Assembly (NCBI GenBank): GCA_965644265.1
Contig: OZ286471.1
Location: 25,358,001 to 25,422,000 of the forward strand
Origin: Glycera tridactyla
Taxonomy: Eukaryota
Length of the DNA: 64,000 nt
Direction: 5' to 3'
In this document: one piece after another, positions 21,447 to 34,437 of the stretch
Numbering within the stretch: the stretch's first letter is position 1
How the letters are laid out: the number at the start of each line of letters is the position of its first letter
Made by a program: the position numbers and the translations under genes
The notes under the pieces: generated by a model
The model's input: the letters and a program-made list of their open reading frames with translations, nothing else
Told to the model about the DNA's origin: nothing
Databases searched by the model: none

Positions 21447-22382
21447 GAATGATGACATATACTAAGCGACACCACAGTGATATCAAAAGAATATCAGTCA
21501 GGAAAGAAGTGACGGTTGTCGACCTTCATCAAGGCGGAATTCGGTCGATCAGATTGGTATCAGATCAATCAATGTAAGTGGTTGAGGTCATTTCTGACAG
21601 GGAGCTAGGCAGAATAACACGTCAATACACAGTGTATTGACATGCCATATTAGTTCTACTTGATATTACACTGCCCTACAAACCCGGCCCTCCTCTGACC
21701 TCGCTTGTAAATCGGACGTGCCTGTCTATCACACTTGTCAATATTCACCAGAGACGGGAGTGGTCCGCCAGTCAGCCCTCTTTCTGTTCCTGCTACTACA
21801 GCTTCTTGTTTTGTTTATGACCACACCACTCAATTCAATTCTATAAATAAAGTCTTCAAATGGCTGCAAAAAGGCTCAAGAAGATTATCCATGAAGATAA
21901 CAAATGATGAGGTGTGCCTCATCAGTATATCAACAATACCTCGGACAACAAGCCTATGACAAGATGCACACATATTACAAGTGAAGATATTCAGATAATC
22001 CAGCTATCAACGCTCGTACGGCAATATGTACGATATACATTCAGCCTTCCTGGGCTTCATCCAGCACACAGTACCTTCAATTCTGAATAATCGACCACTT
22101 CTACTCAGCTAATATTGATTATAACCAGCTTGAGGGTTCTACAACTATATTGTTCATGGCTGGATGGAAGGTTGTGAGAGTGTTTCATTTTTGTGATACA
22201 TTATGGTATGATGACATATCCTGAGCGACAACACAGTCATATCGAAAGAATATCGGTCAGGAAAGAAGGGACGGTTGTCGACCTTCATCAAGGCGGAATT
22301 CGCTAGATCAGATTGGTATCGGATCGATCAATGTGAGTGGTTGAGGTCATTTCCGACAGGGAGCCAGGCAGAATAACAGGTC
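21447..22382 (+). repeat. Direct ~180-bp duplication (21447-21630 and 22207-22382)
   Basis: Both copies read ATGATGACATAT...GGTTGTCGACCTTCATCAAGGCGGAATTCG...GGCAGAATAACA. Confidence 0.8.
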
Positions 22383-22734
22383 GATACCCTCATAATTCCA
22401 GGTGATCATGGACGTATATTACTGATGTACGTCCATGGTATGATACCAATAAATTCGAGGAAGATGATAAGAATGATAACGATAACGATAGTAATCATGT
22501 CAGTATCAGCAGTAGAGAAAGGAATGGGGTAGTAATGATATTGACTTTTGCAACTAACTTCTTCCATACCAATCCAATTCTCCTGGCTTCGACCCCATTC
22601 TTATGTGAGACTCTCGGTAACGGACGAGGGCCTCTGGTGTTCTTCCTTGCATTATGTAATATCTGGTTGATTTCATCATGGAGCAATAGCTCACTTCCAC
22701 TTCAATAAGCAGCTGTGAAAGGGCTGAATCAAAC

Positions 22735-22794
<60 letters not shown>

Positions 22795-24139
22795 GTATGA
22801 GTGTGTGCGCCCATGCATGTTTGCACTCTACATTGCTACCTGTTGGTACACTATGGCTACAGTACCCGAACCTGAGGCTGTCATCTTGAATGTTAATTTG
22901 TGGTGGTCATAAGGGGGGGGGGGCATTAGTCATCCTCTGGATTACAGTTCTAGTTGCCTCCTAGAAGACAGTGAGGTGAAGTCTACCCAGCGTCATCTTG
23001 TGGGAACAAATAATGTGGGAGAGATAAAAGTGTGAATACCTGCATGAAATTCATTAGAATCAGATACCCACTGATTTCGGAAGTTCGTCGATATTTTCAG
23101 TAGTATTGGACAATTTCAGCTGTGATGTGGCCATGTTTATATCTGTATTCACATTCCCTAATTAAGATATGCAAATTGTGAAAAAACTTGCGTCACGACA
23201 AACGTTAATTTTTTTTGTATTCTTCATTTTGATTCGTCATACAAGAAAATGCCCAACTAAAGAGCGTTCCCATGTTGACGAAAATAATGTGTTTTTTACT
23301 GCAAGAGAATGTTGAATAAGAATAAGAATAAGAATAAGAACTTTTATTCAAACTCAACATGGAACAGTCACAATACATTGACATGTCGTTTCCAATCAGA
23401 GTACTTTAGATGAAAAACTCACAGTATAATTATGTATACACGTTGGGATATAGATTGGTGGTCCAACAATTTTTTCGAATGCATGATTCTTAGGATGAAT
23501 CGATAATCTATTTCTATCCCAGTTTTGACATCATTGTTGGACAATGGAATAGAATAGAATAGAATGAACTTTACTTGGTCTCGTAAAGTAACGTATATAC
23601 AGTGTGCAATTAACCAGACTGATTTCATCAAGCACACACGAGAAAAAAACTACATAGAAAAAACAACAATAACTATGTACAGTATTGATACAAGTGGAAC
23701 CAGTTATAGTAATGAGTACCCAGCGAGTAGCTTCATATTTATGTGCTTCTAGGGGCATTTTGCAAATATAAGATAGCCAAAGGGTTCATTCACTCACACA
23801 TTCATATCCTGAAAAATAAACACACATACACAAATAAACAGTCATACACACATTTATATACGATATATACATATTTACAATGACTGTGGTTGGCATTGTT
23901 TGGCATGAAACTTTTGTGGTAAGTTGCTGAACTTTTGATTTCTTTTTTTTTCCACTTGATAGCTGATATATCGCAAAATATCTGTCTGGAAAGTTCACGT
24001 CTCGTAATTGCAATCATCCTGAGTCATTCCGAACATTTTGTTCAATCTCTCATCACCAATACCATTGGTCGATGCATCAGGACACTATTGTGTATACGCA
24101 CGAATAGACAGATCGTATTACGAATGTTATTCAGCGAAT

Positions 24140-24543
24140 CAGAGTAAGACTCATGACTTGTGGGGTGGGAATAGGTGGTCTGAAGGATATCAGCTAATAT
24201 GGTACGAGTTGTCACCTATGCTAACGGTGAATATCATACCATTTCATCTCCTACTGACGACCAGCAAATCACACCCCACTCAGAGTATGACTCATGACTT
24301 GTGGGGTGAGAAAAAGGTGGTCTGAAGCATATCAGCTAATATGGTACGAGTTGTCACCTATGCTAACTGTGAATATCATACCATTTCATCTCCTACTGAC
24401 GACCAGCAAATCATACCCCACTCAGAGTACGACTCATGACTTGTGGGGTGGGAAAAAGGTTGTCTGAAGGATATCAGCTAATATGGTACGAGTTGTCGCC
24501 TATGCTAACTGTGAATATCATACCATTTCATCTCCTACTGACG
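24140..24543. repeat. Minisatellite, ~141-bp unit x ~2.9
   Basis: CAGAGTAnGACTCATGACTTGTGGGGTG starts at 24140, 24281 and 24423. Confidence 0.9.
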
Positions 24544-25094
24544 ACTCCAAAGGAGAGCTTCTGGAGGATCTCGCCTCTGCTAAGTTTCATAATAAAGCCA
24601 TCGTGATATTCCATAACTGCGAACCAACCAACCCAGGGAGACTGAAGAAAACCCTTCCTCAATAATGCTGACGTGACATTTCATAATTACCTATCGACCC
24701 TACAGGGGGTTAAGGAAAATCTATTGGTTGGCACATGTATAGTCCATGTCAGCACGAGTCACATTGGGATGTTGCAAGATATAGAGCTCCTGAATCCCAG
24801 TGAGACTCGGCATTTTTGTTCTATTCTAGACAGCCGTCACTGCACTTCCGGTCGTACAAATCTCCGGTTTTTCAACTTCCGGCTTGTGGAGAATTCTACT
24901 GAGCGATTCTATCTAGTCTGTACTCAGTAAATCACCCCTCGTGCTCTATCAATGCGGTTTCTCTGAATAGGAAAGAAAGTCCTTTTCTCTTCCATCACTT
25001 TTGGAAGCCATTGGTTGCTTCGTCAGTATGTTTTTCGGTTGGTTTTTGTTGGTAACCACTGGTTACTTCGTCAGTATGTTATTCGGTCGGTTTT

Positions 25095-25750
25095 CGTTGA
25101 TCGGTAGGTTGGTTGATTTTTGGTCGGTTGGTTGGTTGTTTCCTTGGTCGGTTAGTTGGTTGGTTTGTTGGTCGGTTGGTCGGTTGGTATGTTGGTCCAA
25201 TGGTTTGTTGGTCGGTTGGTGGTTGGTTTGTTGGTCGGTTGGTTGGTTGGTTTGTCGGTCGGTTGGTTGGTTGGTTTGTTGGTCGGTTAGTTGGTTGGTT
25301 TGTTGGTCGGTTGGTTGGTTGGTTTGTTGGTCGGTTGGTTGCTTGGTTTGTTGGTCGGTTGATTGGTCGGTTGGTGATTGGTTTGTTGTTCGGTTGGTTG
25401 GTTGGTTTGTTGGTCGGTCGGTTGGTTGGTTGGTTTGTTGGTCGGTTAGTTGGTTGGTTTGTTGGTCGGTTGGTTGGTTGGTTTGTTGGTCGGTTGGTTG
25501 CTTGGTTTGTTGGTCGGTTGATTGGTCGGTTGGTGATTGGTTTGTTGGTCGGTTGGTTGGTTGGTTTGTTGGTCGGTTGGTTGGTCGGTTGGTGATTGGT
25601 TAATTGGTCGGTTGGTTGGTTGGTTTGTTGGCCAGTTGGTTGGTTGGTTGGTTTGGTGGTCGGTTGGTCTGTTGGTCGGTTGGTTGGTTGGTTGGTTGGT
25701 TAGTTGGTGGGTTGATTGGTTGTTTGGCTGGCTGGCTGGCTGGCTGGTTA
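25095..25750. repeat. (GGTT)n/(TTGGT)n microsatellite with higher-order repetition
   Basis: Repeating GGTT/GGTC/TTGTT units; the overlapping WLVC/VGRL ORFs are artefacts. Confidence 0.95.
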
Positions 25751-26014
25751 GTGATCGATCAACGAGGAGATGGCCAGACAGCGATTCACAAAGGTATCAC
25801 CGGGATTACAAGTACAGAGCTGGACAGGGCAGTGAAGGAAATGTAGACGTCCTTCAACAAGATCCAGCCTGGTCAAACAAGGTGTCGCTGAAGCAGTACA
25901 CACTCATAAGGAACAACTTCATCCAACCAAGACCAGGACCGGCACACACTCCCGATAATGTATCGGGAGCACCTCCATATGATAAGACAACTGCAGGTCC
26001 CGGTGTATAGGTAA

Positions 26015-26240
26015 CCCCCCCCCCCCCAGGTTTATTCATTTAACCTGGTGGTTAATACCTACCTGTCTCTCCCTCAAATTCTGCATCCCCATGCCTAACC
26101 GCCTACGCCGAACTTTCACAACAATAGTGAAAAAGAATGATACTAGATGGACCTCTCCCATACTCCGTCCTATAGCTCCATATGGAGTAAGCTCCGTCCA
26201 TTCAAACTGACGGCAAATGCGCATGTGCGCGTCGTATTTT
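26015..26240. repeat. DIRS right (3') ITR with terminal extension
   Basis: 26052-26240 is a near-identical reverse complement of 32827-33018. The extension 26015-26051 is complementary to the ICR. Confidence 0.9.
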
Positions 26241-26279
26241 CACAACAATTAGCGGGGACGGATGGGAGGGAACATCTTT

Positions 26280-26371
26280 TGAGGGAGAGACAGGTAGGTA
26301 TTAACCACCAGGTTAAATGAATAAACCTGGGGGGGTTAATACCGTCCCTGTCTCTCCCTCAAATTCTGCAT
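26280..26371. repeat. DIRS internal complementary region (ICR)
   Basis: GAGGGAGAGACAGGTAGGTATTAACCACCAGGTTAAATGAATAAACCTGGGGGGG is the reverse complement of 26021-26075. It is joined through a G-run to GGTTAATACCGTCCCTGTCTCTCCCTCAAATTCTGCATCC, the reverse complement of the ~32979-33018 end. Confidence 0.9.
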
Positions 26372-26484
26372 CCGCATAAAACACGGATGGAGGGCAAATT
26401 CTTTTTCACCTGAACAATTAATTAAATATATGATATATATTCTTATACTCATGAAGATACAACACATAAAAAACTCCTACCAGC

Positions 26485-27600
26485 TCAATCTGGAGGGGAT
26501 ACCACCTTCTGACCCGCAACAATTGGGCCAAGTGAATAGAGATCTAGTGCTTGACCGCACATGTCCCTCAAGTAATGTGTTGTAAATGTATTCCCAGATC
26601 TCCAATATGCAGCCTGCATAATCTCATTGATAGATGAGGACCTATTGAACGCTGTCCATGAGGCAGCCAAGGCCCTCGTCTCATGAGCTGAAACCCTGTC
26701 TTCTATCTGAGACTGTAAATTTTCCTGCTCATGAGACTTCATGATGATTGACTGCAACCATTCGGTGATCTGATCTGCCCTTATTTCCTTAGACGAACTT
26801 CGCGAAATAGGGATGAAAAGTCTACGTCATGCTGATCTGTAATCAGCAACTCTCTTCAGATAGTGTTCCAATGCTCTAACCGGACACAGTTTCTTCTGAT
26901 CATCATCAGAACCTGGTAGAGCTGGAATCTCTATAAATGGACTCTCCTTGTCGGGTGGTTGGTTTTTCGCCAAAAACCCAGGCATCATAGTCAAAATAAC
27001 TTTGGAGTTAGACCTTGTGAATCTCACTGCCCCTGGATCTCCAGACAGAGCGTGCAATTCACTTCTTCTCCTTCCTGATGCCAATGCTATCAGGAAGACT
27101 GTCTTCATAGTCAAGGACTCGGTATCTGAATCCCCTAGGGGTTCAAATCTATCTGATATTAGATATCTTAGAACTGTAAATTCCAGGATGGTACCAATTT
27201 CTTGGTAACCGGTCGTTCCAAGGAAAAGTTCCTGAATAGGTCTTTAATGTCCTTGCTATCCAAGAGATTGTTTCCATAGTGGTACAGTACTGACTTGATT
27301 GCTGATTTGAAACCTTTCAGCGTTTCCAAACTCTTCCCCTGATCCCATAGGGATGGAAAGAAAATAATAATCAAGGGTAAAGTGGGATTGGTTAGATCAG
27401 TCCGGTTATCCCTACAGCTTTGGTTCCAAATTTCCCATCGTGCATTGTATACCCTTCTGGTAGAGGCTCTAGTTGGTTCTGATATTCTGATGACTGCATC
27501 AGCTGCATAGCCCTTGCGCCTAAGGGCTGACCTGATAAACACCAGGCGTGAAGGTTCAGAGATTGAGGAGACAGATGATTCAACCTCTTCCCCTTCACGA
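26485..27600 (-). pseudogene. DIRS tyrosine recombinase (YR), frameshifted
   Basis: Fragments carry STRRVYNARW, VPSWNL, LIALASGRRRSELHAL (catalytic R), CPVRAL, SAHETRA (HxxR), AAYW and FTTHYL (catalytic Y), split over three ORFs (C-terminal half of 27168-28754, 26827-27114, 26485-26757). Confidence 0.9.
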
Positions 27601-29450
27601 CCTGGGTTAGCACATTTCTGGGAACTGGTAACTCCAGAGGTCTCAGTATCGCTAGCTCCAACAGATCGTGAAACCAGGCCTGATTCGGCCACCATGGTGC
27701 TATACACACCAGAATCAGGTCTAGTCCCCTTAATCTGTTGAGAACCTCTCTGATTAATGCAGTAGGAGGGAACACATAAGCTGATCCGAACTGGCTCCAC
27801 TGGACAGATAAGGCATCTACTCCGAATGCTGCTGGGTCTGGTACTGGACTTATGAAAACTGGCAACTTCCTGTTGCTGTGAGTCGCCATGAGGTCTATCA
27901 TTGGACTGATGTTCCAAACTGATAATATCTTCTGGAATATAGTCTGTTCCAACTCCCATTCGGTTTGAACAGGCTTTGCCCGGGACAAAGAATCTGCTAG
28001 TACATTTCGTTTCCCAGGGATATGATGTACTCTGATATAAGCTCCCTGATGATTCACCAACATCAGGATCTGCCAGGCGAGTCCACACAGGAACGAGCTG
28101 TGCGTCCCCCCCTGATTTTTCAGATAAGCAACCGTTGTCGCATTGTCTGAGAGAACTAAAATCGTTCTCCCTCTGATCTGGTTGGTGAACTCCTTCAATG
28201 CCAATAATACTGTTTCTAACTCGAGAGAGTTGATTGACTTCGGGAGGCCAAATCCCTGACACCTGTGTCCTTATACTCTCTCCTACCAGATGAGCCCCCC
28301 AACCTGTTAGGGATGTATCGGTTGTTATCGTTAGTTCTGGCTCTGGAAACACTAGAGGAACTCCTGACCTGGTGTTGTTCCTGTCCTTCCACCAATCCAA
28401 AATCCCCAGAATCTCTTCTGGAAGAGGAATGAGAATCTCCAAACTGTCTGAGATTGGTTTCCATTGGCTTAGAAGACAAAGTTGAATGGGTCGCATGTGC
28501 AGTTTGCCCAGATGTATATAATCTGACAGACTGGACATGTGACCCAGCAACTTGAGAACTGCGCGAGCAGGCTGAATGGGTCTTCTCTTGAAAAGTCTTA
28601 AACATCCCTCCAACCTCTCCAATCTGTTGAGAGTTGGACGAACAATCTGATCTCTGGTGTTGAACTCCACACCGAGGTAAATGAATTCCTGGCGAGGAAT
28701 GAGTTCCGACTTTTCTTGATTGATGATCCAGCCCAATTCTGTGGCTAGAATCATTGTATATTAGAGCTGTTGTATAAGGATTGATTGGTCTTGGTGGCGT
28801 ATCAACCAATCGTCCAGGTATAAATGTATCTTTATACCTCTCATGTGTAGATGGTGAGCCATCTCCCTTAGAACCATCGTAAAAATTTGAGGGGCAGAGC
28901 ATAGGCCGAATGGTAGGGCCTGAAACTGATATGCTCTGTCCCTGGAAACTGCAAATCTTAGAAATCTTTGATGGTCTTTCCGAATTGGAACATGAAAGTA
29001 TGCGTCCCGAAGGTCGATCGAAACCGACCAATCCCCGGGACGCACCGACTTCACCACTGATCTCACCGTTTCCATTTTGAACTTTGCGTTGAACATGAGT
29101 CTGTTCAGGGGCTTCAAGTTGATGATGGGACGAAACCCGCCCGAAGACTTTGTGACAAGAAAGAGGTTGCTGTAAAACCCTGACTTGCACCCCGGTACAA
29201 GGGGAACAATCGCCCCCTTGTCCAACATTTTTTGAATCTCCTCGTAGAGAGCTTTGAATTTTGGACTTCCTTTTGGAGGACCCGAGAATGGTAAGAAGTC
29301 TTCTGAAAGGGTAGGACTTATTTTGAACTGAAGAGTGAGACCCTCGCTGATAATATTCAGCACGAAACGGTTGTTGGTCAGTTTCCGCCAAGGCTCCACA
29401 AACTGGTTCAGCCTGGCTTCTACTTGTTCCAAGGGAGAGGCTCTCACACT
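27392..29450 (-). pseudogene. DIRS RT - RNase H - Dam-like methyltransferase, with a nonsense codon and a frameshift
   Basis: RT: FRPIINLK, IDLRDAYFH, FQALPFGL, YLDDWLI. RNase H: TDTSLTGWGA, SDNATTVAYL, HIPGKRNVLADSLSR. MT: IDLMAT, AYVFPP. In-frame TAA at 28761-28763 and a frameshift near 28220. Confidence 0.9.
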
Positions 29451-29451
29451 C

Positions 29452-32400
29452 CTAGGGCCGACGACCTCTGCCACGACCTCTCCTGAAAGGTCTCCTATCT
29501 CCTCTAGTCTCCTGATTGCCTCTTGACTGAAAAGACTGAAACTGTGGCTGTTCTGACGTCTCAGGTTTCGACTGTGCCTGTGCACCTCTACCTTTGCCCC
29601 CACCACGAGTTGCACCCCCTCTTGATCTATTTGCAGATTTTGATTGACTCGGTGTATAGTCCTTATAGGTAGACTTCTCTTTATGACCCGAATACCCCAT
29701 CTTAAAATCATACTCTATGTTAGGATTTTTCTTCGATCTCTGCATGGATTGTGTTGACACCTCATCCAATCTTCCTCCAAAGAGGAATTTCTGGCCAAGA
29801 GGGAGGGACCTGAGTTGTGCTTTAGCAATGTCATCAAAGTGCAACGTTTTTATGGCTTTGTCTCTCCTAGCGAGTTCCATGTTACTAGCCACCTTTGAAA
29901 TAAGTACGGTAACATGCTCTAGAGCTTTAAGACCAATGTTCATGGCCCTATCTGCTCTTTCAGCTAGGTCCTCCATGGACTCAAACTCAGGTTGAGATGA
30001 CCTCAAACCTGCTGCCAAAGCCAAGTCTGCATACGACATTACTTTGAGTGCTTCTCGTACCATGAACTCCTCAGAAGTAGGCATGAGCTCTAGTTTATTA
30101 GTTCTACCAAACGTGTAGTAATCACCATCAATGAGAGGTGGAACAACAATGTAACCCTCATGTCTAGACTCAGTTGGTCTGATTTTATAGACCCGTTGAT
30201 TACAACCAGGTACCACAGGGACATTGGACTTGAATGTTCGTGTAAGAGCATCAGATGTACCACTATTGCTCTCTATGAAAGAATCAAGAGGAGCATCCGG
30301 TGGATTGGTTGCTCGATTCTGATCCCTATTCTGAAGAGCCCTATCCAAAAACGTCTGGACATTAAATACTGTAGGAGACAAGGGAAGGGAAAGATCGATC
30401 ATCTTTTGTGTCTCAGTCTGCCTATGCTCATCCTTGAAAGAGGTATTCATTTCCCTAGCAGCTGCACTAAACCTTCCTACAAGGAAAGGATCAGGCTGCC
30501 CAATATACTGAGTTAGGACTTCTGAGGCAAAACGTCTGAAATCCACCATTCTCCTACTGGGAACTGCTTTCTCCTGTTCTCCTTCATCCTGTTCCTGAAG
30601 ATTAAGGGTTGTATCCTCGACTGCCTCCTTCGCAGATTTCAACTCCTCTCTCATTTCCTTCATTTCCATCCTTAATGACTGGACCAGAGCATTTGTTGAT
30701 AAATTCTCTGTATCCTGCTCAACTCCGGTTATGGGGCCTGGAGGTGATGGAGGAGCTACAGAAACAGTAGCAGGAGCATTTTTAGCCTTCATACGATTCC
30801 ACCAACTTCTATCCCTAGCTTTACTTGGTGGATCCTGATCACTTGACAGCACAATCTCCCTCTTTTTCAGCCCTACTTCAGGAGCTGTCGGAATATTCAC
30901 CTGCCTAGTGCCACTAGCTCCTACAGTAAACTTTGTATGAAGATTCTGAATAGAAAGTACTGCTAATCTAGAAGCAGGATCGGCTACTGATCCCTCTGAG
31001 CCAAAAACTGCTGTAGGAAGCTTAGGAACAGGAGTAGTACTAGGTACATGAGAAGCATGAGAAGGGAGGGTTGCTAACACCTGAGGACGTCTCTGCCTGG
31101 TGCCTGGTCTCTGCCCGGTGCCCGGTCTCTTCCCTGTGCCCGGTACCTGTCCGGCACCTGTAGCTGTATCTGGTTCTTCATCATCGTCTGAACCTAACCA
31201 TACTACATCATTTTCCTCCCCAATATCATCTGAATTGTCACCAGAAGGACGTGCATCAGTCTCCCGGCTATGCAGACCGATCTGAGTGACTTGTGCCCGG
31301 TGCCCAGGTGGTAGTAATGACTGCCCGGCGCCCGGTGAAGAGATATTCACCTGTTTGTCTCCAGAAGGATGTGCATCAATCTCCCAACTATGCAGACCGA
31401 TCTGAGTGACTTGTGCCCGGTGCCCAGGTGCTAGTAATGACTGCCTGGTGCCCGGTGAAGAGATATTCACCTGTTTGTCTCTAGAAGGATGTGCATCAAT
31501 CTCCCGACTATGCAGACCCATCTGAGTGACTTGTGCCCGGTGCCCAGATCCTAGTAATGACTGATCGGCGCCCGTTGTAGTGATATTCGTTTCACAACAG
31601 TACTCGGAGTTACAGTACTTGACTCACTATGCTCTTTACTCTTCATTACATCTCTTCTAATCTCACAGGGTGAATCACGATACGATACCCGGTGCTGGCT
31701 CACTTTAGTGCCTATGGCCTGAGGTAACTTTGCCTTGGTTGGCCTAGTGCCCGATGCCCGCTCATCAACAGAATACTCTTCAATATTCTTGTTTAGCTTG
31801 ATAATTCTGAACTCTAATTCAGGATCTTGTTCAGGTAACTGACTCATGGAAATATTGAGTCCTTCTTGTTCTGATTGATCTGCAGCTGAAGATCTAGAAT
31901 CATTTGAACCTGGACCACTAGCTCTACCTCTCCTAGCCTTCTGTACTCTGGGGGTACTAGTAACGATCGGTGCTTTTGCCTTGGTTACTTTAATAGGATA
32001 TAAGGGAGGTCTGAAGGACAACCCCTGTGCTGCTGACCAATCAGATTCCTGGCTAGTATCTAGATCCTTCTGTTCAGTATCAGCGAGCCTCCGAGCCGAA
32101 CATGAGGTTGTAGGGTCAGATCTCACCGACAGTTTAGTTGACTTCGGAGTCTGAAATATATCTTTGGATTGTAATGCCTTAGACGCTGCTCTAGCATCAC
32201 CATCCTTCCCAGCTGCAATTACAGATTTCAAATCTCTGACAAGTCTGTTAGCAATAGTCTTAGGACCTGGAAGCTCAGCAGAACGAGCACTGGAACTACC
32301 TGCTCCTTTGGCGTATTTCCGTGCTTTGTATGTACGTCTTTTATAATGCTTCTTCCAAGTCTCAGGGGACCAGTGTTTGCACACCTCGCACACCACTTCT

Positions 32401-32510
32401 TCACCAAACTCATCCCTGCCCTTCCCACAGGACCGACAAGAAGGACAAAGTTTGTGCTGGTCCCAAGCCGCCAGGAAATGACCACATTCCCCGTGCAATG
32501 ACATGATATA
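29452..32510 (-). pseudogene. DIRS ORF1 (gag-like) with N-terminal Cys/His zinc-finger, split by a frameshift
   Basis: CGH...H.LCPSCRSC...CEVC at the N-terminus. ORFs 31551-32582 and 29452-31521 are in different frames, and the break sits inside a 120-bp tandem repeat. Confidence 0.75.
31244..31590. repeat. 120-bp tandem repeat (40-aa unit) inside DIRS ORF1
   Basis: CTCCCnnCTATGCAGACC recurs at 31261, 31381 and 31501. The unit encodes GLHSREIDAHPSRDKQVNISSPGTRQSLLAPGHRAQVTQI. Confidence 0.9.
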
Positions 32511-33011
32511 CAGTACAGTGATACACACAGCCCCGAAGGGCTCCTGAAATGATATGAAAATCACAGACCTACGTCGAAGCACAAGTCATTTCAAACAGTT
32601 CAACTGAGGACAATGCTGAGCACGCGCGAGCGCACCCAGAAAGCTCTAAACGCCACTACCGCCGAAATAACGATAACGGACACTCCTTGCTTGTGTCTAT
32701 GAATAATCCGATATCTAGGCGTGTTATTCCAGGCCGCGACGTGCGTAGGCGAGATAAAGGCTGAGAATATCGAAATTATTCTCGGGGAATTTTCTCCCGT
32801 GACCGTTAGCGATGGCCGAAAGAAGAAAATACGACGCGCACATGCGCATTTGCCGTCAGTTTGAATGGACGGAGCTTACTCCAGATGGAGCTATAGGACG
32901 GAGTATGGGAGAGGTCCATCTAGTATCATTCTTTTTCACTATTGTTGTGAAAGTTCGGCGTAGGCGGTTAGGCATGGGGGATGCAGAATTTGAGGGAGAG
33001 ACAGGGACGGT

Positions 33012-33018
33012 ATTAACC
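33012..33018. other. DIRS left (5') terminus, end of ITR 32827-33018
   Basis: ...GACGGTATTAACC|GTGGC junction; the element-specific end matches the second half of the ICR. Confidence 0.7.
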
Positions 33019-34437
33019 GTGGCATAAGCTAGGGATGCAAGCGTTCACTGATGACTACCATTTATCGAAGTCAAGGACAGGGCGTGTTGCCCACAAAGCC
33101 TGATCTTGCACTTTGCAAGAAGACACTCTTGAGTGTAGGCGGTGATATTGTTGACCTTCTCCTCGAGTAGCAATGCCTGGATGAAAAATGTGGCACTTTC
33201 GGCCCCTAGATAGAAGATGACGCTATCAAATGTCACTCAGCTTGGGATCATCCTTGTTTCTCGAAGATCAAATCGTGACCTGAATAGAAAAAAAAGGATA
33301 TTAGATACAATGATTATCACGAATTTCCGGGAACGAGGGGGGTAGCTGTTGTTGTTGTTGTTGTTGTTGTTGGATTTGATGAATTTGGTGGTGTTGGTGG
33401 TGGTGGTGGTGGTGGTGGTGGTGGTGGTGATGGTGGTGTGATAGTGGTGTTGTTCAACGTCATACTTGTGATGGCGTCACTTGAAGCCTTCGAACCATTG
33501 TAGGATTGTGATACTGTGATAATATTTTCATTGCCAAAGAGCATGCGACCCGCAACGGTCATTTTACAGCCATTTGAACATAACACAAATGAGTGGAGAA
33601 GCATATAATTACGGTATGAAAAAAAAGAATGCTAGAACGAAATGTAATACGGTGACGAGGCAGATTCATAAACCAATTAGTATCTGGTGATATGGAATCA
33701 AGTGATATTGGAAATTGATGTTCAAATGATGGAGATTTTGCACTCGCTTGGCAAGAGTCGGTGGCGGATTGACTTGGAGGAGACTGCAGTTAGATGGACC
33801 ACCAAAGTCCCCTCTACTCCACACTCATTTAAGACTATTAGAAATCAAGCCCGATGCTGGCTGGAAGTTAGCCCTGTCTAAGGATCGCAATCAAAAAATT
33901 GGGAGAGGTAACAAAGGAAATAATACCCTCTGAATACAAAAGTGACAGATTTTACAGCATTCCTATGATGATCAGATCCCAATTACGATGGCGCTTCCGT
34001 AATCATGGGGAAGGCGAGATAACGTTGGCCTAATTAAAGGCTAGCTACGGGGACTGGTAATACTGTCCCACGGGCAAGGAATTCAATTACACAGCAGAGT
34101 AATTCAACAAAGATCGATATTCAACTTATTAGGATGAAGGACACCTCTCATGAAAGAAGGACCAAGTCCACTGATCTCAGCAATCACCCATCTCTAATCA
34201 CCCAATGTGACATTAAAAGGTTTCCGTGTCGGCTTCTGAGGTTTTCTCATTTTTCCATTGTCGAAATGTCATCTTGCAATATCGCTAAAGTCTGTCAAGT
34301 TGCTTGTAGGCATCTTCGATGATTAGAAATTAGAAACATCCTTGTATATTTCTCCTTAGAGCGTCGAATATGTCGATTTCAAGCTGATTTGGCGGAAATT
34401 ACGACGACCATTTTTTCACTTTCGCATACAAATATTC

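Larger units (their letters stand above)
26015..33018 (-). mobile_element. DIRS1-type tyrosine-recombinase retrotransposon, full length, inactivated
   Basis: Inverted terminal repeats (26052-26240 vs 32827-33018), internal complementary region (26280-26371), and gag-like, RT/RNase H/methyltransferase and YR coding regions. Confidence 0.95.

Noticed and set aside
25001-26010. Long Trp/Val/Gly-rich ORFs
   Set aside because: They are translations of the (GGTT)n microsatellite.
28216-29391. 391-aa ORF as an independent gene
   Set aside because: It overlaps the DIRS RT in another frame with no recognisable motifs. Long alternative frames are common in DIRS, and no function can be supported from the sequence.
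33317-33604. 95-aa minus-strand ORF as an exon
   Set aside because: Half of it is (CCA)/(CAA) microsatellite, with no recognisable domain or convincing splice pair.
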